DNA of 63,132 bases, the filler included, from Globobulimina sp. (Eukaryota): the NCBI GenBank assembly GCA_003354225.1. It is 28 parts of 28 records of this genome, joined end to end, with 100 filler letters (N's around TTAATTAATTAA, not from the genome) between each part and the next. Parts side by side here need not be neighbours in the genome. Positions count along the whole stretch, not along the records: positions 60,976 to 63,132 come from PIVH01008565.1; 27 more parts are not named here. The stretch is one strand, 5' to 3'. Each line of letters starts with the position of its first letter. Position 1 is the first letter of the stretch. The notes below the pieces were generated by a model. That model made no database searches. It was not told the DNA's origin and worked only from the letters and a program-made list of their open reading frames with translations. Made by a program: the position numbers and the translations under genes. Positions 60,977-63,132 of this stretch are shown one piece after another.

Positions 60977-63132
60977 ACACTCAATCAATACGTTATAGCA
61001 AGGAATGATGCGTTATGTTTCACTCTTTATCCAATTTCTTTATCCCAAATAGCAATATCTTGGATCGATTTGATTAAATTAAATGATGACTTGCTTGATT
61101 CATTTTATATGGAACAACGGCAACAAATAAACAGTATATTATTTGCTGCGTTGGATCCATGTTTATATGTTAGCCAACATATAAAATCTGTTGACGACTT
61201 GAGGATATCTGAAGATTCAATCATTACTAAAGTACCAAAGGTATATTATAAAGAACAAGACATTACATTTTATTTATCCGCTACTATAACAAATCAGAAT
61301 TATCAACATTTATTATACGAATTAGCTTCGTCAATGATAAGTATTCGCGAATATATTGACAATGATTTATTCAATTTGTTATCAGCGTCATTATATATCT
61401 CTGAATTAATAAAAGTTTCTTTATCAATTCCTGGAGAACAAACATTCACAGAATTTGATGGTTTCTCTATTTATTCCACACGAATTAATGATGAAAATAT
61501 TAACATCACAATCAAAGATATCTCTGTTTTTATTCCTAAAGATGTCACAACAGCAAAGAAAGACAATCCTGACTTGTTTGACTCTGTTGATGTTGTGATT
61601 GTTGGATTGGATAATTCCAACGGCAACAATGCATCCACAATTATTGGAGAATTAAAACCAAATGCAAATTGTGACAATATTGAAGGGACATTATCAAATA
61701 ATTCTATATCTATCATAGTACTCGGAAATAACACCAATTCGTCACATTTATCGTCAAACATTAATTTTACATTTGAATGCGACACCAAACAAGGATGTGA
61801 CGAATCATTTAAATGTGTGTGGTACAACGAGCAAGCTGATGTTTGGCAAGATAATGGATGCCTAACCACCATGAATTTGAATAAAAATGAAATATATTGT
61901 TCGTGTTCTCATCTTACAAGATTTGCAACCATACACAATATGCATTCATCGCATTGTGACAATAAATACTTAAAAGAATGGTTGTCATCGAAAGAATGGG
62001 ACATTTTAAATATTATTGTAGGATCTCTATTTTTATTTATTTTTTTGTATTCCATATATGAAGTTTATCCGTTTGTTATTGAACTTGGAAAAGGCTCAAA
62101 CTGGAAGACGCATAGAGCAGTTATAGCGATGTTACTTATTGGTACTATCGCTTTTTTATATGTGTTAGTGTGCATACAATCATATCTTACAAAACTAAAT
62201 TTCAATGATGTTAACGTCAAAATATATTCGTTGTTATTATTGTTACCGCAAATACCATCTTTTATGTTATTGACGTTGATCTTTTACACATGGTTTGGTT
62301 TGGCGCATTCATTTATGACCAATTTGCATTCGGTGAAAGAAAGATTGCGGAAAATATTATTTATGACAAATGTATCTTTCTGGATTTTGCTAATTATGTA
62401 TTATGTATCCGCAACATTGGTTGAATCAGATATTGTATTTGAATATGCTGCATATTGTTGGTCGGTAATTGTGTCAGTTCTTTGTTTAATAATCACTGTT
62501 TATATGATTCTCACCGCAAAAGAGTTATTTCGGGCAGCTAAAATTTCGCAGAATCAATCATTTGGTGAAAGAGATTGGACCGTTGTTCAAAGATTATTGA
62601 TTGTCAATGCAGCCATTACATTTTATTTTATTTTTCAAGCATTCACATCAATTTATCTTGCAGTTAATCCGCAATATCAATCAGTGGTATACTCAATAAT
62701 TTATTTGTTTGTTGATGGTTTATATTTAATATTTATATGTTGGATGTACAGAAAATCAATACGTTACTTGATAGAGAAAGACAAAGAAATATCGTCGGAT
62801 AAAGCAGCCATAAATAAAAGTTCCAGCAAATTAGATAGAAGAAAAACGGTGTCATCCAATCAGAATGATAGCGGATCAAACAAAGCAAATGCTGCGATGC
62901 CAATGTCCCCATTATCAGCATTCTCACCACTATCACCAACAACATCTATATCTGCGATTTCTGGAAGATATATTCAGGCAAACTCTGTGTTAACAAACTC
63001 AAATTGCAATGCAACTGTTTCGGATGAGAGCAAAATGTCATCCGCCATTACATTGACTGAGACACCGTGGTCACCATCAACATATGATACAGGTTCGAAA
63101 ATGCCACCATTAATAAAAATTCCCTCAATGTC
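60977..63132 (+). CDS. GAIN/GPS + 7TM adhesion-GPCR-like receptor, partial at both ends (not in ORF track)
   Basis: Frame from 60977 reads open through the region translated; CVWYNEQADVWQDNGC...YCSCSHLTRFA GPS at about 61814-61927, then seven hydrophobic helices and a Ser-rich tail. Confidence 0.9.

Noticed and set aside
61471-61872. Minus-strand 133-aa ORF
   Set aside because: Antisense shadow of the GPS-7TM gene
1-63132. Operon-like or multi-gene system spanning contigs
   Set aside because: Contigs are ordered by length, so adjacency across linkers is meaningless
1-63132. Alternative genetic code (ciliate-type TAA/TAG or general TGA reassignment)
   Set aside because: Conserved genes (ABCC, SMG1, actin fusion) stay open for about 700 codons in the standard code, and all three stops end genes

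Overview
This window is not one locus. It is 28 unrelated short contigs (2160 down to 2157 bp, sorted by length) joined by 27 artificial 100-bp linkers (N44-TTAATTAATTAA-N44), so neighbourhood across linkers has no biological meaning. Almost all contigs are AT-rich eukaryotic nuclear DNA in the standard code with short GT-AG introns; many of these can be placed exactly and fuse separate ORF-track entries into one gene. The gene style suggests a protist, possibly a foraminiferan/rhizarian (inference only). Recognisable genes: Gos1/GOSR1 SNARE, formin FH2, ABCC transporter, SMG1-like PIKK, GT60 GlcNAc-transferase, RGS-SPRY, RAD23-like XPCB-UBA-SAM, Rubicon-homology protein, degenerate EF-2 G-domain, TRAF-zinc-finger/actin fusion, a GPS+7TM receptor missed by the ORF track, mucin-like PT-repeat proteins, an intron-containing DD34E Tc1/IS630 transposase and a RAG1/Transib/Chapaev-like transposase. 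Most notable non-coding signals: a minimal type-I hammerhead ribozyme (25997-26042, minus) and an SRP-RNA helix-8 motif in a 4.5S-like single hairpin before a T10 run (about 56544-56641). One contig joins a bacterial-type RelA/SpoT HD fragment to an intron-rich gene (chimera or HGT). All calls are by eye from motifs; no searches were run.
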